Below are positions 23,922 to 35,534 of a stretch of 64,000 nucleotides of DNA, piece by piece. The stretch's first letter is position 1; each line of letters begins with the position of its first letter. Below the pieces are notes generated by a model. It was not told where the DNA came from. It did not search any database and saw nothing but the letters and a program-made list of their open reading frames with translations. The translations under genes and the position numbers were made by a program. Source of the DNA: Azolla caroliniana (taxonomy: Eukaryota; Plantae; Polypodiophyta); assembly GCA_043228905.1 (NCBI GenBank), contig JBHGNT010000002.1:4402001-4466000 (forward strand). The letters run 5' to 3'.

Positions 23922-26033
23922 TTATATTATTTTTGCTTTTTCACGTAGTGTACGAAATACACTACGACACTCGCCCCCTCCGAACCCGCACATCCTCCGG
24001 TATGTGCCGAAGTTGCCGATGCTCGTTGTCTCCCCTTCATCCTCCGTTTGTCCCGCTATGTCAACTTTGTCTCTCCATTTTGAGTAGACCCATTCTTTCC
24101 ACCCGAACCATTGTCGCCATCCGATCCACCATATTCTTTGTTCTCTCTCGTCATATTCTTGGCTCTTGTCATTCGTGGTAGTGTCTTTTACTGGCCTCTT
24201 TCTTGTCTTCATCAACCTTGACTTTTTTCCGGATCGCTCTCGTCCGATTGACTTTCGGTTTGATCGGCTTCCGATCGGATTCGTATTCGGCCGAATCGGA
24301 ATCGGTTGTTCGGTTTCGATTGAGTCGGTCTCCTTCTGGCCCGGTTTCGATCTATCGGTTTCGGTTTCGGTTGGCTTTCTTTTCCTCATTTTCACCAGCC
24401 TCGACCGGTCCAACCTTCGGTTGAGTCGGATTAGCTTCTTTCCGGATCGGTCTCGTCCGATCAGCTTTCGGCTAGGTCGGCCTCCATCCATATTCGCGTT
24501 CGGCCAAGTCAGACTCAGTCGATCGGTTTTGATCGAGTCGACCCCTTTTCGGGTCGGCTTTCTTTTGGGTCGTCTTTCGGCCGAATCCTCATTCGCCTGG
24601 TTCGGCTTTCTTTCAGGTCGTCTTTCGGTTGAATACCCTTTCACCCGGTTCGGCTTTCTTTCGGGTCGTCTTTCGGTTGAATCCCCTTTCACCCGGTTCG
24701 GCTTTCTTTCGGTTCGTCTTTTGGCCGAATCGTCTTTTACCCGGTTCGGCTTTCTTTCGGATCGGAATCCCGTCCGGATCACCTTCCATCCGAACCGGCT
24801 TCCGACTTTACCTTTCTTGCCACCACCTCCTGTCTCTCCGGTCTCACGTTGGTTCTCGGACACAACCGCCGAAGTCTCTAGAATTAGTGGGTAGGAATCC
24901 TCGGTATTATCATCCTCTGTCATTTCAACCATAGCCTCCTTCTCGGCTATCTCTCCGTCGTATGAATCGGCTTCGACCTTTGTTTTCTCTTCGCCACCTT
25001 CCGTCTCTTCGGTCTCACGTTGCCTTTCGAACGCAACCGCCGGAGTCTCTAGAATCAGTGGTGGGGAAGTCTCGATATGGCCATCCGTCGTTGATTCGTC
25101 CATAGCCACCTTCGATTCGATGTCATCTTTCGTGGCGACCTCCTCAATCAAGTCCTCTTTGCTCTCTTTCACTGCATCAATTATGCTTACCCCTTTTTCA
25201 CCCGATGTTTCGGACACTTGTATTCTGAAATCTTCTTCTACACTTGGGTTATCGGCCTTATCCTTCGTCGTTGTTCTTTCGCAAGACAAGAGGGTAGCTT
25301 GTTTTACACCCTCTTCCGTCGCACCATCATGTTGTATTTCGGCCTTCATATCAGCTCCATCGTTTGTCTTCAATCGACCATCCTTCATGGGCCATGTCGT
25401 TGTTGACGAGATTCTCAGCTTCCTTTCATCATGTCTTCGGCATACCCTTTCGACTTTGGCCCAATCCTCGGTAAGGCCGTTCGCACCGTCATCATCTTCG
25501 AGTTCGATCCCGATGTCCATCCTTTCTTTTCGATCGATCGATCTTACGAACATTAAGACTTTTTCTTCTCCCACCAATCTTCGTTCCCGCTCCGAGAGTC
25601 GAGCAAAACGATGCTCGAACTCTAGGAACGCTTGCGTTGCACTTCTGTGAGTCTTCTCCGACGCCACCCATTCGTCGAATTTTCGCCGATCTTGTCCCTT
25701 CGATCTCTTGTAATCATATGCCTCTCGTAAAGCTTCTTCGAATGACCCCCATGTCGAGTTTTGTTGCCGTATCTTGTGGATTCTCTCTTGTAGCTCATCC
25801 GTGGCCACCCGATTGAAGGATGTCACTTGCAATCCTTCCGGTATCCCACATCGTATCATCTCCGCCTTGTAGTCACGTAGATAGCGTGACACATCGTTTC
25901 CGTTGAATTGTCCGTTTCGTTGTACGAGCCGCTTTACTGCCCCCGTGATCTCCGACATCACTCGTTGTTCTTGTAGCATCCGCTTGAACATCATCATCAT
26001 CGTTATGCTCATTGCCTCTTGTTGATTCTCCAT
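23922..26033 (-). CDS. Gag-derived protein (about 703 aa) with acidic middle and Arg/Lys-rich 16-aa repeats
   Basis: N-terminus GQFNGNDVSRYLRDYKAEM is homologous to gag 46923.. (GRFNGKDATSYLASYRAEM). Repeats RKPNRVKGDSTERRPE. First ATG after the PBS is at 26033. Confidence 0.8.
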   Translation of the reverse strand: MENQQEAMSITMMMMFKRMLQEQRVMSEITGAVKRLVQRNGQFNGNDVSRYLRDYKAEMIRCGIPEGLQVTSFNRVATDELQERIHKIRQQNSTWGSFEEALREAYDYKRSKGQDRRKFDEWVASEKTHRSATQAFLEFEHRFARLSERERRLVGEEKVLMFVRSIDRKERMDIGIELEDDDGANGLTEDWAKVERVCRRHDERKLRISSTTTWPMKDGRLKTNDGADMKAEIQHDGATEEGVKQATLLSCERTTTKDKADNPSVEEDFRIQVSETSGEKGVSIIDAVKESKEDLIEEVATKDDIESKVAMDESTTDGHIETSPPLILETPAVAFERQRETEETEGGEEKTKVEADSYDGEIAEKEAMVEMTEDDNTEDSYPLILETSAVVSENQRETGETGGGGKKGKVGSRFGWKVIRTGFRSERKPNRVKDDSAKRRTERKPNRVKGDSTERRPERKPNRVKGYSTERRPERKPNQANEDSAERRPKRKPTRKGVDSIKTDRLSLTWPNANMDGGRPSRKLIGRDRSGKKLIRLNRRLDRSRLVKMRKRKPTETETDRSKPGQKETDSIETEQPIPIRPNTNPIGSRSNRKSIGRERSGKKSRLMKTRKRPVKDTTTNDKSQEYDEREQRIWWIGWRQWFGWKEWVYSKWRDKVDIAGQTEDEGETTSIGNFGTYRRMCGFGGGECRSVFRTLREKAKII

Positions 26034-26049
26034 CTCCTTGCCACCCGCC

Positions 26050-26067
26050 TTCACGTCGGGTTCACCA
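26050..26067 (-). promoter_or_regulatory. PBS complementary to the tRNA-Trp 3' end
   Basis: + strand TTCACGTCGGGTTCACCA matches the plant tRNA-Trp 3' end including CCA (from recalled sequence). Confidence 0.8.
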
Positions 26068-26622
26068 ACTGTGTCGTGCCTTTCGGCTCCGGATCGTTTG
26101 CGTGAGTCGGGTGGGAACCACTGAGGTTTTGGACTAGGAGAAAGAAAAATACAAATAAGGCTAGTAAAGAATAGGTATAAAGAGTTATAAGATAAGAATC
26201 TCGTGAATCCCACGAGTTTAGTATATTTAGTCAATATTTAGGTAGCAAGAGAGAATTATTTTCGCAAATTCGTGAATCCCACGAATATTTTAGATTGACT
26301 GATCATTATAGAAAAATAATCAACAAAAACTACAATGTGCTCCCCATCCTTATATAGTGATGGGAGAGACTAAGCATAGCTACATGTTTTTTTCTAATAT
26401 GTTCATGCACACTAAATGTGCATGTGATGCTTTTCTAATCCTTGCTTTTATTTGCTAAATATAGTGCTCATGCACGCTAGATGTGCATGAGTCACTTTTT
26501 AGTTGCTTGCGTTTTTCTATAAAATATTCACGCACTCTAAAAATACATGATTTACCTTTTTAATAAAGGTAGGCGCAAATAAAGCACTTATAGTTATTAA
26601 ATCTATTTATAGAACACTAAAG

Positions 26623-26690
26623 ATAAGGTAGCATAATGGTAAAGTTGAGGTTTGGCTACGTGGAGGTACAAGGTTCGAATCTTGCCCTAT
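26623..26690 (+). promoter_or_regulatory. tRNA-like Pol III A/B boxes in the second LTR
   Basis: Identical to 23796..23863. Confidence 0.7.
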
Positions 26691-29600
26691 GCACGTGATA
26701 AATATCTTGATTATTCTTATTTTATTTATTTATATGTAATTAAATCGGTTATATTATTTTTGCTTTTTCACGTAGTGTACGAAATACACTACGACACCGC
26801 TCACGCACGAAGTGGTAGTGCACCTCGATGTGCTTTGTGCGAGCATGGAACACAGGGTTCCTGGCGAGCTGCAGGCTACTCATGTTATCGCAGTAAATCG
26901 GGATCGGGGTCAGTACCTCGATCCGCAAGTCTCGCAGCAGTCGCCGAAGCCAGATGGCTTCACAAGTGGCAACGGTAGCGGCCCGGTACTCAGCCTCACT
27001 GCTTGACAAAGCCACTGTGGGCTGCTTCTTGCTGCTCCACGCAACGGCCGCGCTACCTATGGAGAACATGTATCCGGAAGTGGAGCGGCGATCAAACGCA
27101 TCGCCGGCCCAGTCAGCATCTGTGTAACCGACAAGCTCTTCGGGTATACCTCGCCGGTATAGCAGTCCCCGGTCCTTAGTGCCGCTGACATACCGTAATA
27201 TTCGTTACGCGCACTGAAGGTGCTCCACGGTCGGCTTCTGCAGGAACTGACTTACCATCCCGACCGGATAGCTGATGTCGGGTCGGGTGATGGTTAAGTA
27301 GATCAGGCTTCCGACAACCTGTCGGAACCGTTTCCCATTGCAGGCCGGTCCGGAGTTGGGACGGAGCTTCTGGTTCCGGTCTAGGGGTGTGGAGACAGGT
27401 CAGCAATCCGTCATGCCGAACTTATACAACAATCTCGTTGTGAGAGCAATATGTCGTCGGGGGTCCGGATCACTTCGATCCCAAGAAAATAATGAAGGTC
27501 CCCCAGCTCCTTCATTTCGAATGCGTCCGACAACTGGGACTTGACGCGGTTGATTTCGGGAAGACCCGGTCCGGTGCTGACTAAATCATCCACATACAAG
27601 AGTATACATACCGGACCATCAGAGCCTTGCCGGATGAACAACGAAGAGTCCGACTTAGAGACAGCAAACCCCAGCTTACGCAACCGGTGCGTGATCTTCG
27701 CACTCCAAGCTCGGGGGGCTTGCTTCAAGCCGTAAAGCGACTTCTTCAGTCGGCATACCGCCGACTTGTTCATCTCCGATTGAAATCCGGGGGGCTGAGT
27801 CATAAAGACTTTTTCTTCAAGCTCTCCTTGAAGGAAGGCGTTCTTCACATCCATCTGGTGAAGATGTCACCCCCTTGCCGCAGCAACCGCCAGTACCACA
27901 CGAACCGTCGTCATCTTCGCCACAGGAGCGAAGGTCTCGTCGTAGTCAATTCCGTGGGTCTGCACGTATCCCTTCGCCACTAACCGGGCTTTGTACCGGC
28001 TAACAGAACCGTCAGCGTTGTACTTGACCTTGTACACCCACTTGCATCCGATCGGTTTACAGTGACGGGGAGGATCAACTAGGTCCCAAGTTTCGTTGGC
28101 ATCGAGTGCCCGTATTTCTTCGTCCATAGCGGCACGCCAATTTGCGTCCTTTGCCGCTTCTGCGTAGCTCTCCGGTTCATGCACTTCTGTCACCTTAGAC
28201 ATGTACGCATAATGATGCGCCATGTATTCATTGTACCCGTACCGCATGACGGGATCCTTCTGACGGGTTGATCGGCGGAACGCACCGTCACCTGATTTGA
28301 GGCCCTTCTTGGCCAGTTCGGTCTTCGTTGCCGAAGATCCGCTTTTCTCCTTTCCGGAGTCGGATACGCACCGATCCGACTCATCGTTGCCGGTTTCGAA
28401 TTCTGGCATCTTCCTCTTCCCCTTCTCTTTGCGCGTGAACCGTTTCCTCGGTTCCTTGCGCGGGGTGAACACGGCAGAGTCTCCACCACTTGCCGTCTCT
28501 TCATCCGACCGGTCCAACCGACTCAGTCGCTCGTTCGGTCCACTCAACCGTAACGATTCCGGACTCTCATCTTGAGTCCCGGCTTCATCATCCTCTTCCA
28601 TGGTTGATTCAGGCTCACTGGCCTGATCTTCCGACGTTGGGTCGGGATCGGAAGTCGGAGTCGGTACGGAGTACCAGGATGCCGATTCATCGAACTCGAC
28701 ATCCCGGCTAACTCGGACTTCCTTCGTCCGGGGGTTATAGCACTTATACCCCTTTTGCTCTTGACCATAGCCGACTAGGATGCATTTTTCCGATTTTGCA
28801 TCCAGCTTTCTCCGCCTCTGATCTGGCACATGCACATACGCTATGCTGCCGCGTATCCGAAGGTGTCTTAAGTTCAGTTTGCGCCCGAAATACAGCTCAT
28901 GAGCTGACACCTTGTCACCAATGCGGTTTTGTATGTAGACGGCCGTCCGGACCGCCTCCGCCCAGTAGAACCGGGGAATGCTCTTCTCCTCCAGCATTGC
29001 CCTTGCCGCTTTGACGAGTGTCCGATTCTTCCTTTCGGCCACACCGTTTTGCTCCGGTGTGTATCTACAACTAAACTCTCGCCGAATTCCCTTCTGTTGC
29101 AGATAACTAGTGAATTGGCCGGAAAAATATTCCTTTCCGCCATCCGACCGAAGGCATTTGATCTTCCTCTTCGATTCCCGTTCCACCATCTTCTGGAGGC
29201 TCTGGAAACAGTCGAAGACTTCGCTCTTCCGCTCAATGAGGTAGATCCTAGTATGTCAAGTATAGTCGTCGATGAAGGAGACGAAGTATCGGCTCCCGCC
29301 AAGGCTTACACTTTGTGCCGGTCCCCACACATCCGAATGGATGAGATCGAGCTTGTTACGGCTCCGGTTCCGTTCGGTGGGGAATGGAAGCCGGTGTTGC
29401 TTCCCAAGTTGGCAGGCTTCACAAATTTCGGCTCTCCGGCTGTTGAACTTCGGCAAACCGAAAATGACTTGTTTCGTTTGCAGGTCTTGAAGCCTCCGGT
29501 AGTTGACGTGGTATATCCGCTTGTGCCACAGGTCGATGTCCGACTTGACCTTCTATCGTTTCGCGAACAGAGCGGTGCCAAAGTCATTGGTGTTGAGGAT

Positions 29601-32600
29601 AAACATCCTCCCGTCTCTACGCCCTTGTGCCATGACTTCGCCCTCATCCTCAATGAAGCACCCGAGGTGCGTAAACCGCACCTGCATCCCCTGGTCGACA
29701 ATCTGACCGACGGACACCAAGTTCTTCGTGATTGTCGGAATGTGTAATACGTTCATCAACTTCCCTTTCTGTCCGACGTGGCTTAGAGGGACTTCTCCGA
29801 CCTGCACGATTGGGTGAGGAGTGTCGTCTCCGGTTTCGACTACTCCTGGTTGATCCGGTTTCTCCAGAAAGGAGAACCACTCTTTGTGGCTCGTCATGTG
29901 GTTCGACGCGCCGGAATCAACATACCACACTTCCTCCGTTTTGGAAGTGGTCTTCTTCATTGAGTTTGCCTTGTGATTCATCACCAAGGCTGGCCCCTTA
30001 TCGGCCTTTCCGATTCCGGATCCTCCTGATCCGTTTGCGTAGTGAGAGTTTTGCCGGCCATCCTTACCGGTCTTGCCGGATCCGGATTTGTCCGAATCGG
30101 CACGCTTTCTCCAGCACTCGCTTTCCCTATGGCCTTTTTTTCCACAATACCAACATTCCGTAGCGGATATGTCTTGCCGGCCTCCGGCACCGCCTTGACT
30201 CCCCCTGCTTGTGGAAGTCCCGGAACTGCTGTCGGCACGCTCATAGTGCCTCCGTTCCTGCTCTTGCCGGCCGCCTCCATTGCGTGCCGACCCACCTCTT
30301 CCACCACGCCCACGGAACCGATCCGTTCCCATGTACAACATTCGGCTGTCCGGGGATGCACTAGTAGATGCACCGGCGTGGTTCTCCTCTACAAGGAGCA
30401 TCGACTGTAAGTCGAAGAATGAGGGGGTATTCTCCCTTGTACACACCGTAGTCCGGAACGCTCCGAACTTGGACGCCAGGTCTCCGAGACATACCTGCAC
30501 CATCTTGTCTTCCTCTACGGTAACATTGATAGAGGCGAGCGAGTCGCAGTTCTCCTTTATCAGGCCCGTGTAGTCTGCCACGGACATGTTCTTCTGTCGA
30601 ACATTGCTCAACTCCTGTCTGAGTTGCAGCTTCCGGGCAGTGGTGCTTGCGGCGAAAACCTTTTTCAGGTTCCCCCAAGCATCCTTCGGTGTCTTGGCGT
30701 CACGGATGTGGCTAAGCAGTTGATCCCCAACACTGGACGCGAAGCAGTACATCACCCTGCTTGCCGCCTGTTCCCATTCCGGGAAGTCCTTGTGTGCCGA
30801 GTCGGGCGCCGCATCATTCGCTCCTTCGACATAACTCCAGTACCCGTGTCCAAGCAGGTACTGGTGCATCTTGTAAGACCAGGATGCGTAGTTGCTCCTG
30901 TCGAGCTTCTCCACCGGGAGCTACGTAGCCATGCCTCTATCCATGTCTTCTATTGTGTCTGTTTTCGACCTGTTAGGGTTTTCTTCTCAAGAGTAAATGT
31001 CTGCAGCAGAGGTTCTCAACCCTCGCGCTCTAATACCATGTAAACGTAAGTGTTTGCAGAAGCGTAAAACAGAGAACAACACACACAGAGACAGAGAGCG
31101 AGAGAGAGAGACAGAGAGAGCAGAACACAATTTCAAAATTATATCGAGACTTTGTACACACACTGTGCTAATTAGCCCTATTTATACAAGTCCTCTTGGG
31201 ACTGACAGAAGTACCATGTACTTCAATGCTCACACGAGCATCTGACACTTACTACGAGACTATAGCTACCTAGTAGTCTATCCTATACTAGGCTTCCGAT
31301 TGGACTTCCGGTTACGGATTGCACCCGGCCTCCACTGCTTGCCGGTTCGGTTGCTCACCGTCATACCGATCCGTTTCGCCCGATCCGTCTCGCTTACCGG
31401 CTCCAGCTTATTCAGCCGATCCGGCTCCGGTTGAGCTTGCCGCTCAACAATTATCTTCTTCTCCGACTCCTAGTCGGCGAGCGTCTTGTCCTCCATGAAG
31501 ATAATATCTCGACTCTGGAATACCTTCTTGTCGACCAGGTCCCACACTCGGTAGCCGAACTCATCGTCGCCGTAACCGAGGAATATGCATGGTCGGGTCT
31601 TTGGTTCCAACTTTCCTCTCCAGTCCTTAGCTACATGCACGTACGCGAGACACCCGAACACCTTCAGATGTCGGTAGGACACTTCCTTACCGAACCATAC
31701 TCTCTATGGTGTGTCTCCATCCAAGGGTACTGAGGGTGATCTATTTATCACATATGTCGCCGTTGACAGTGCCTCAGCCCAAAACTTCTTCGGTAATCTT
31801 CGAACCCTCTCCATTATGGTCCGGTTCATCCTCTTGGCCAGCCCGTTTAGTTTTGGCGTCTTCGGCACGGTAAATTCGAGCCGGATTCCCTTCGAGCGAT
31901 AGTACTCCTCGAACTACCCCCAGTATTCACCTCTGTTATCTGCTTGAACCGCCTTCAGCTTCTGGCCGGTTTCTCTTTCCACTCTCGCGTGGAGCTCTTT
32001 GAAGACGAATAGCACATGATCTTTCGTCTTCAGCGGTGAGGCCCACAGCTTCTGGCTGTGGTCATCTATGAACGTCACGAAGTACTGCGATCTTGCATGT
32101 GACTTCGTGTCCACTTGACACACATCAGTATGCACCAACTCCAGTGGTGCATTACGTCTCATCGGTGGCCTCGATCGGAAGGAGGTCCGGTTTTGTTTAC
32201 CGGCCAAACAATCAGTGCACTTCTCCAACTGCACGTTCTTCACTGGAATGAGGTTGTCATCTGCAAGCCTCTTCATCCCCTTCTCGCTCATGTGACACAG
32301 CCTCTTGTGCCACAGCTCACCGGTAGTGTCGAATGCCGTGTTCCCTTCTTCCGGGCATAACCGGGCATTCATCAGGTACAATGTGTTTACCTTCCGGGTC
32401 CGAGCCACAATCAGGCTCCCTTTGCTGAACTTCATAACACCGTTCCGGATGCTACCCGTGTAGCCATCATCATCTAGCCGACCGGCTAATATCAGGTTCA
32501 GACGAACCTCGGAACGTGTTGGACATCCTTCAGCAGCAGCTTGCATCTGGTTGGTGTTGTCAACCACACGTCTCCTATGCCGACAATTCGGCATGTACCT

Positions 32601-34714
32601 TCATTGCCCATCCGGACACAACCGTGATCACCGGCTGAGTAGGATGAGAAGCATTTCCGGTCCGGGGTAAGGTGGAACGACGCTCCGGAGTCGACCACCC
32701 AGGTCATCTCGTCGCCGGCAAGGTTTAGCTCACTCTCCTCGGTGATGAGCAGCAACTCTTCTTCACTTGCCGCGATTGCCGTCGTTCCCTTCCGGTCCGG
32801 CTCCCTCTGGTCTTTACCGTTCCGGTCCGGTGTCCGCTTCGATCTAGTACCGTCGGTTTCCTTGTCTTTTCGGAAGTGCCGACAGTTCTTCTGGAAGTGT
32901 CCTGGCTTGCCGCAATAGAAGCAAGTAGGCCTCCCCCTTGACTTTGACCGTGTCCCCGACTTCTCTCGGTTCTGGGGACTACTGTTCCTTTGGAGTCGGA
33001 GTTCGTATCCTTGTCTTTCTGATGTGCCTCCTCATCTAGCAAGCTCGACTTCACTCTTGCCAGGGATAACCGTTTCCCTTCCGGCCCCGCGTTGCCTAGA
33101 GTGACAACCAACGTCTCCCAGCTATCTGGGAGGGAACCGAGCAGAAGTAGTGCTAGTACCTCATCGGCGAGAGGTACTTCCAATGATGTTGCCTGGTGGA
33201 TCAGCCCCTGGAAGGCATTCATGTGCTCCGCCATGCTGGAGCCATCTTGGTACCAAAGTCTTACTAGCTTTCGAAATACCGAAACCTGATTAACAACATT
33301 TTTGTTTTGAAACATAATGTCGATCTTCTCCCAGAGCTCATGAGCCTTACTCTCTTCATTGAAGTTATTGTATAGACTCATGTCGATGAAGCACCGTATG
33401 TAAGCCGTTGTCTTCATGTGCATCACCTCCCATATGGTGGCGTCGATTTTGGCCGGTCTCTTGTCCCCGAACTGAACCGGCAACCACAGATCTTTAACCA
33501 CAAGCATGTCCCTCATCTTCGACTTCCACACTCAATAGTTGGAGCCGGTGAGCTTGAACATGCCTCCCAACGAATCGTCCATTTTTCTGTGTCGTTTCGC
33601 TCTGATACCACTTTGACAGGAATACACGCTCCCTAAGCACAACGCTCGGCCACAACCGAGTCTAGGATCAAACACAGAAAATGGGTAAGGTACGTACAAC
33701 ACAATGAAGACAAGAGTACACAGTATGTTTACGTGGAAAAGCCAAACTAGGGAAAAACCACGGTATCGCACAGACTACAAACTATCACTATATCACAATG
33801 TACAATAGTAAAGCACCGAGGCAACAACCTCGATTTTGCTACCTTCGCCACAAGCGGTGGTTACATGAGAGGCAACGACCTCTTCCTCTCTCTCTCTCTC
33901 TCTCTGTACACAGTTACGCACTCAAATCTTGCACCAACAAGAATGACAACCACAACTACTAAGTTTGCCCTAAGTCATATTTATACTAATATGAGTTTTC
34001 AGCTATTTACAAATATAGCGCCAATGGACTCTCAGAAACATATTTACGAATATGTCCCTTCATCCGGTGAGCCTCCTCACCGGGCCTGCGTCATCCGGCT
34101 CTTGTCGGGCACTCGTCATCCGGTTCTCACCGGGCCTTCAACCTCCGGCTCTTGCCGGGCGCTCGTCATCCGGTTCTCACTGGGCCTTCAACATCCGGCT
34201 CTTGCCGGGCACTCGTCATCCGGTTCTCACCGGGTCTTCCTTGCCGGGTACTCCTATCCCATCCAGAGGGATCTGTTTCCTAACAGAATATTGTAGATGC
34301 ATTGAGAAATTTTGTATCTGCCGGGACATTCTACATCGAAGGCATTTTTTATTCAAAACTAGATGACTATGAATATGTGTACAGGTTGTTAGAAGACAAC
34401 CAACGGCGTACATGTACTCCCATTTGGTCAGGTGCATCAACTTCCCAATGTCAGAATACAATAGCTGCTCAAGTTTATACACTGTTGGTGCTAATGTGTA
34501 TGAATGTATTTACAATAGTATGCCATGGAATTTGTAGCTACAAGTAGCAATTACCGTGTTCTCTTGTAAAACAAACATGTATTTTGTGAAAACAGTTAAA
34601 TAAATTCGTTTGAGAATCAATTGCTTGTATATAGTCTGCTTTCTGTGCTTCTTTCTCAATAAAATCATGTCTTTTTTGTTAAGTTTTAAGTTATAAGTTA
34701 TAGTGAAATAGTCA

Positions 34715-34890
34715 TCAGTAGCTAATTAGCTGTACAAATGCAACTAATTAGCTGTCAATAGCTAAATAGTCATCAATAGCTAATTAGTTGTATTTAGGTT
34801 TACTCAGGTTTACCAAAATAGCTAATTAGCTACCATGATAGCTAATTAGCTACTCCAATATTGCAATCAACCAGTAGCTAATTAGCTGTC
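34715..34890. repeat. TAGCTAATTAGCT minisatellite between the convergent genes of the TIR element
   Basis: Several GCTAATTAGC copies. Confidence 0.75.
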
Positions 34891-35534
34891 AATAGAACCA
34901 TGTACAACAGTATGCCATGGAACTTGTAGCTACAAGTAGCAATTACCATCTTTTTGTGTAAAACAAACATGTATTTCAAAAATACAGTTAAATAAAGCAC
35001 TAGCATGAAATCAACAATCCACAACATATTCCTCAAATTACACAGTAGATAAGTACAGTGGGAATAAGTAATTAAATTCTTCATTGAATAATGTCATCTC
35101 TTTACATATTTATAAATTACCATTGGAAATGTCTACAAATCTCCTATAAACAGCTAAGCTCTTGCTAGTCAGTGGAACGAGTCTACATATATTATCCGCA
35201 TATCGAGCTCGGTATGGAGTCCACAACCATGCACCTAGTTGGCAGCTCACTGTTTGCACCAGGTACTGTTCAGGCATTTCCTCGGGTAGAATGAGACAGC
35301 ATCTCCGAATATTGAAGTAGTCCCGGAAATGTTCCGTATCCAAAATCAATGGGTTGTCGGCATTATATTCAGGCCAAGTAGCCCAAAAATCAAAAAGTCT
35401 CTTGAATGGTTTTTCACTCCAAATAAACAAATCAAAGTATTGCACAACCCACTCTAGAAACTGATTCGCGTCCCTCCTTGGCTGCATATATCTCACACTC
35501 ATCAAGACTTTATCAAGCTCCAAGATCAAGGCTC

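Larger units (their letters stand above)
23245..26796 (-). mobile_element. Non-autonomous gag-only (TR-GAG-like) Gypsy derivative, very recent
   Basis: 725-bp LTRs at 23245..23969 and 26072..26796 (no difference seen), TSD CCGC, tRNA-Trp PBS, PPT GGAGGGGGCGAG, one long ORF and no pol. Confidence 0.93.
22805..31449 (-). mobile_element. Second Copia lineage, degenerate, with a truncated 3' LTR
   Basis: TSD ATTAT, 5' LTR 31039..31449, iMet-like PBS at 31027-31038. Gag-PR 29553..30914 (CWYCGKKGHRESEC, WYVDSGASNH), INT-RT 27411..29456, RNaseH 26797-27069 continuing at <=23244. Only about 95 bp of the 3' LTR remains. Confidence 0.92.
20288..34285 (-). mobile_element. Degenerate full-length Copia (hosts two further nested elements)
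   Basis: LTRs 20288..20930 and 33614..34285, TSD GAATA, tRNA-iMet PBS (TGGTATCAGAGC on -) at 33599-33610, PPT complement at about 20933-20940. Fragmented gag/PR/INT at 31455-33570 and RT/RH at 20941-22800. Confidence 0.93.
18019..34537 (+). pseudogene. Spliced Sola2-like transposase, internally deleted, interrupted by Copia 20288..34285
   Basis: Segments: about 18019-18767 (FWTNESRVSPNKKDLCRKR..HLLDVPQ, donor GT at 18768); about 19634-20287 (HPNIKV..FESLK..RYTCCCIYH; RELTCFCFHC; NAEEGNLEGADFYILKC); 34291-34537 (IEGIFY..YSHLV..FPM..YECIYNSMPWNL*). Frameshifts present and no DDE core visible. Confidence 0.68.
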
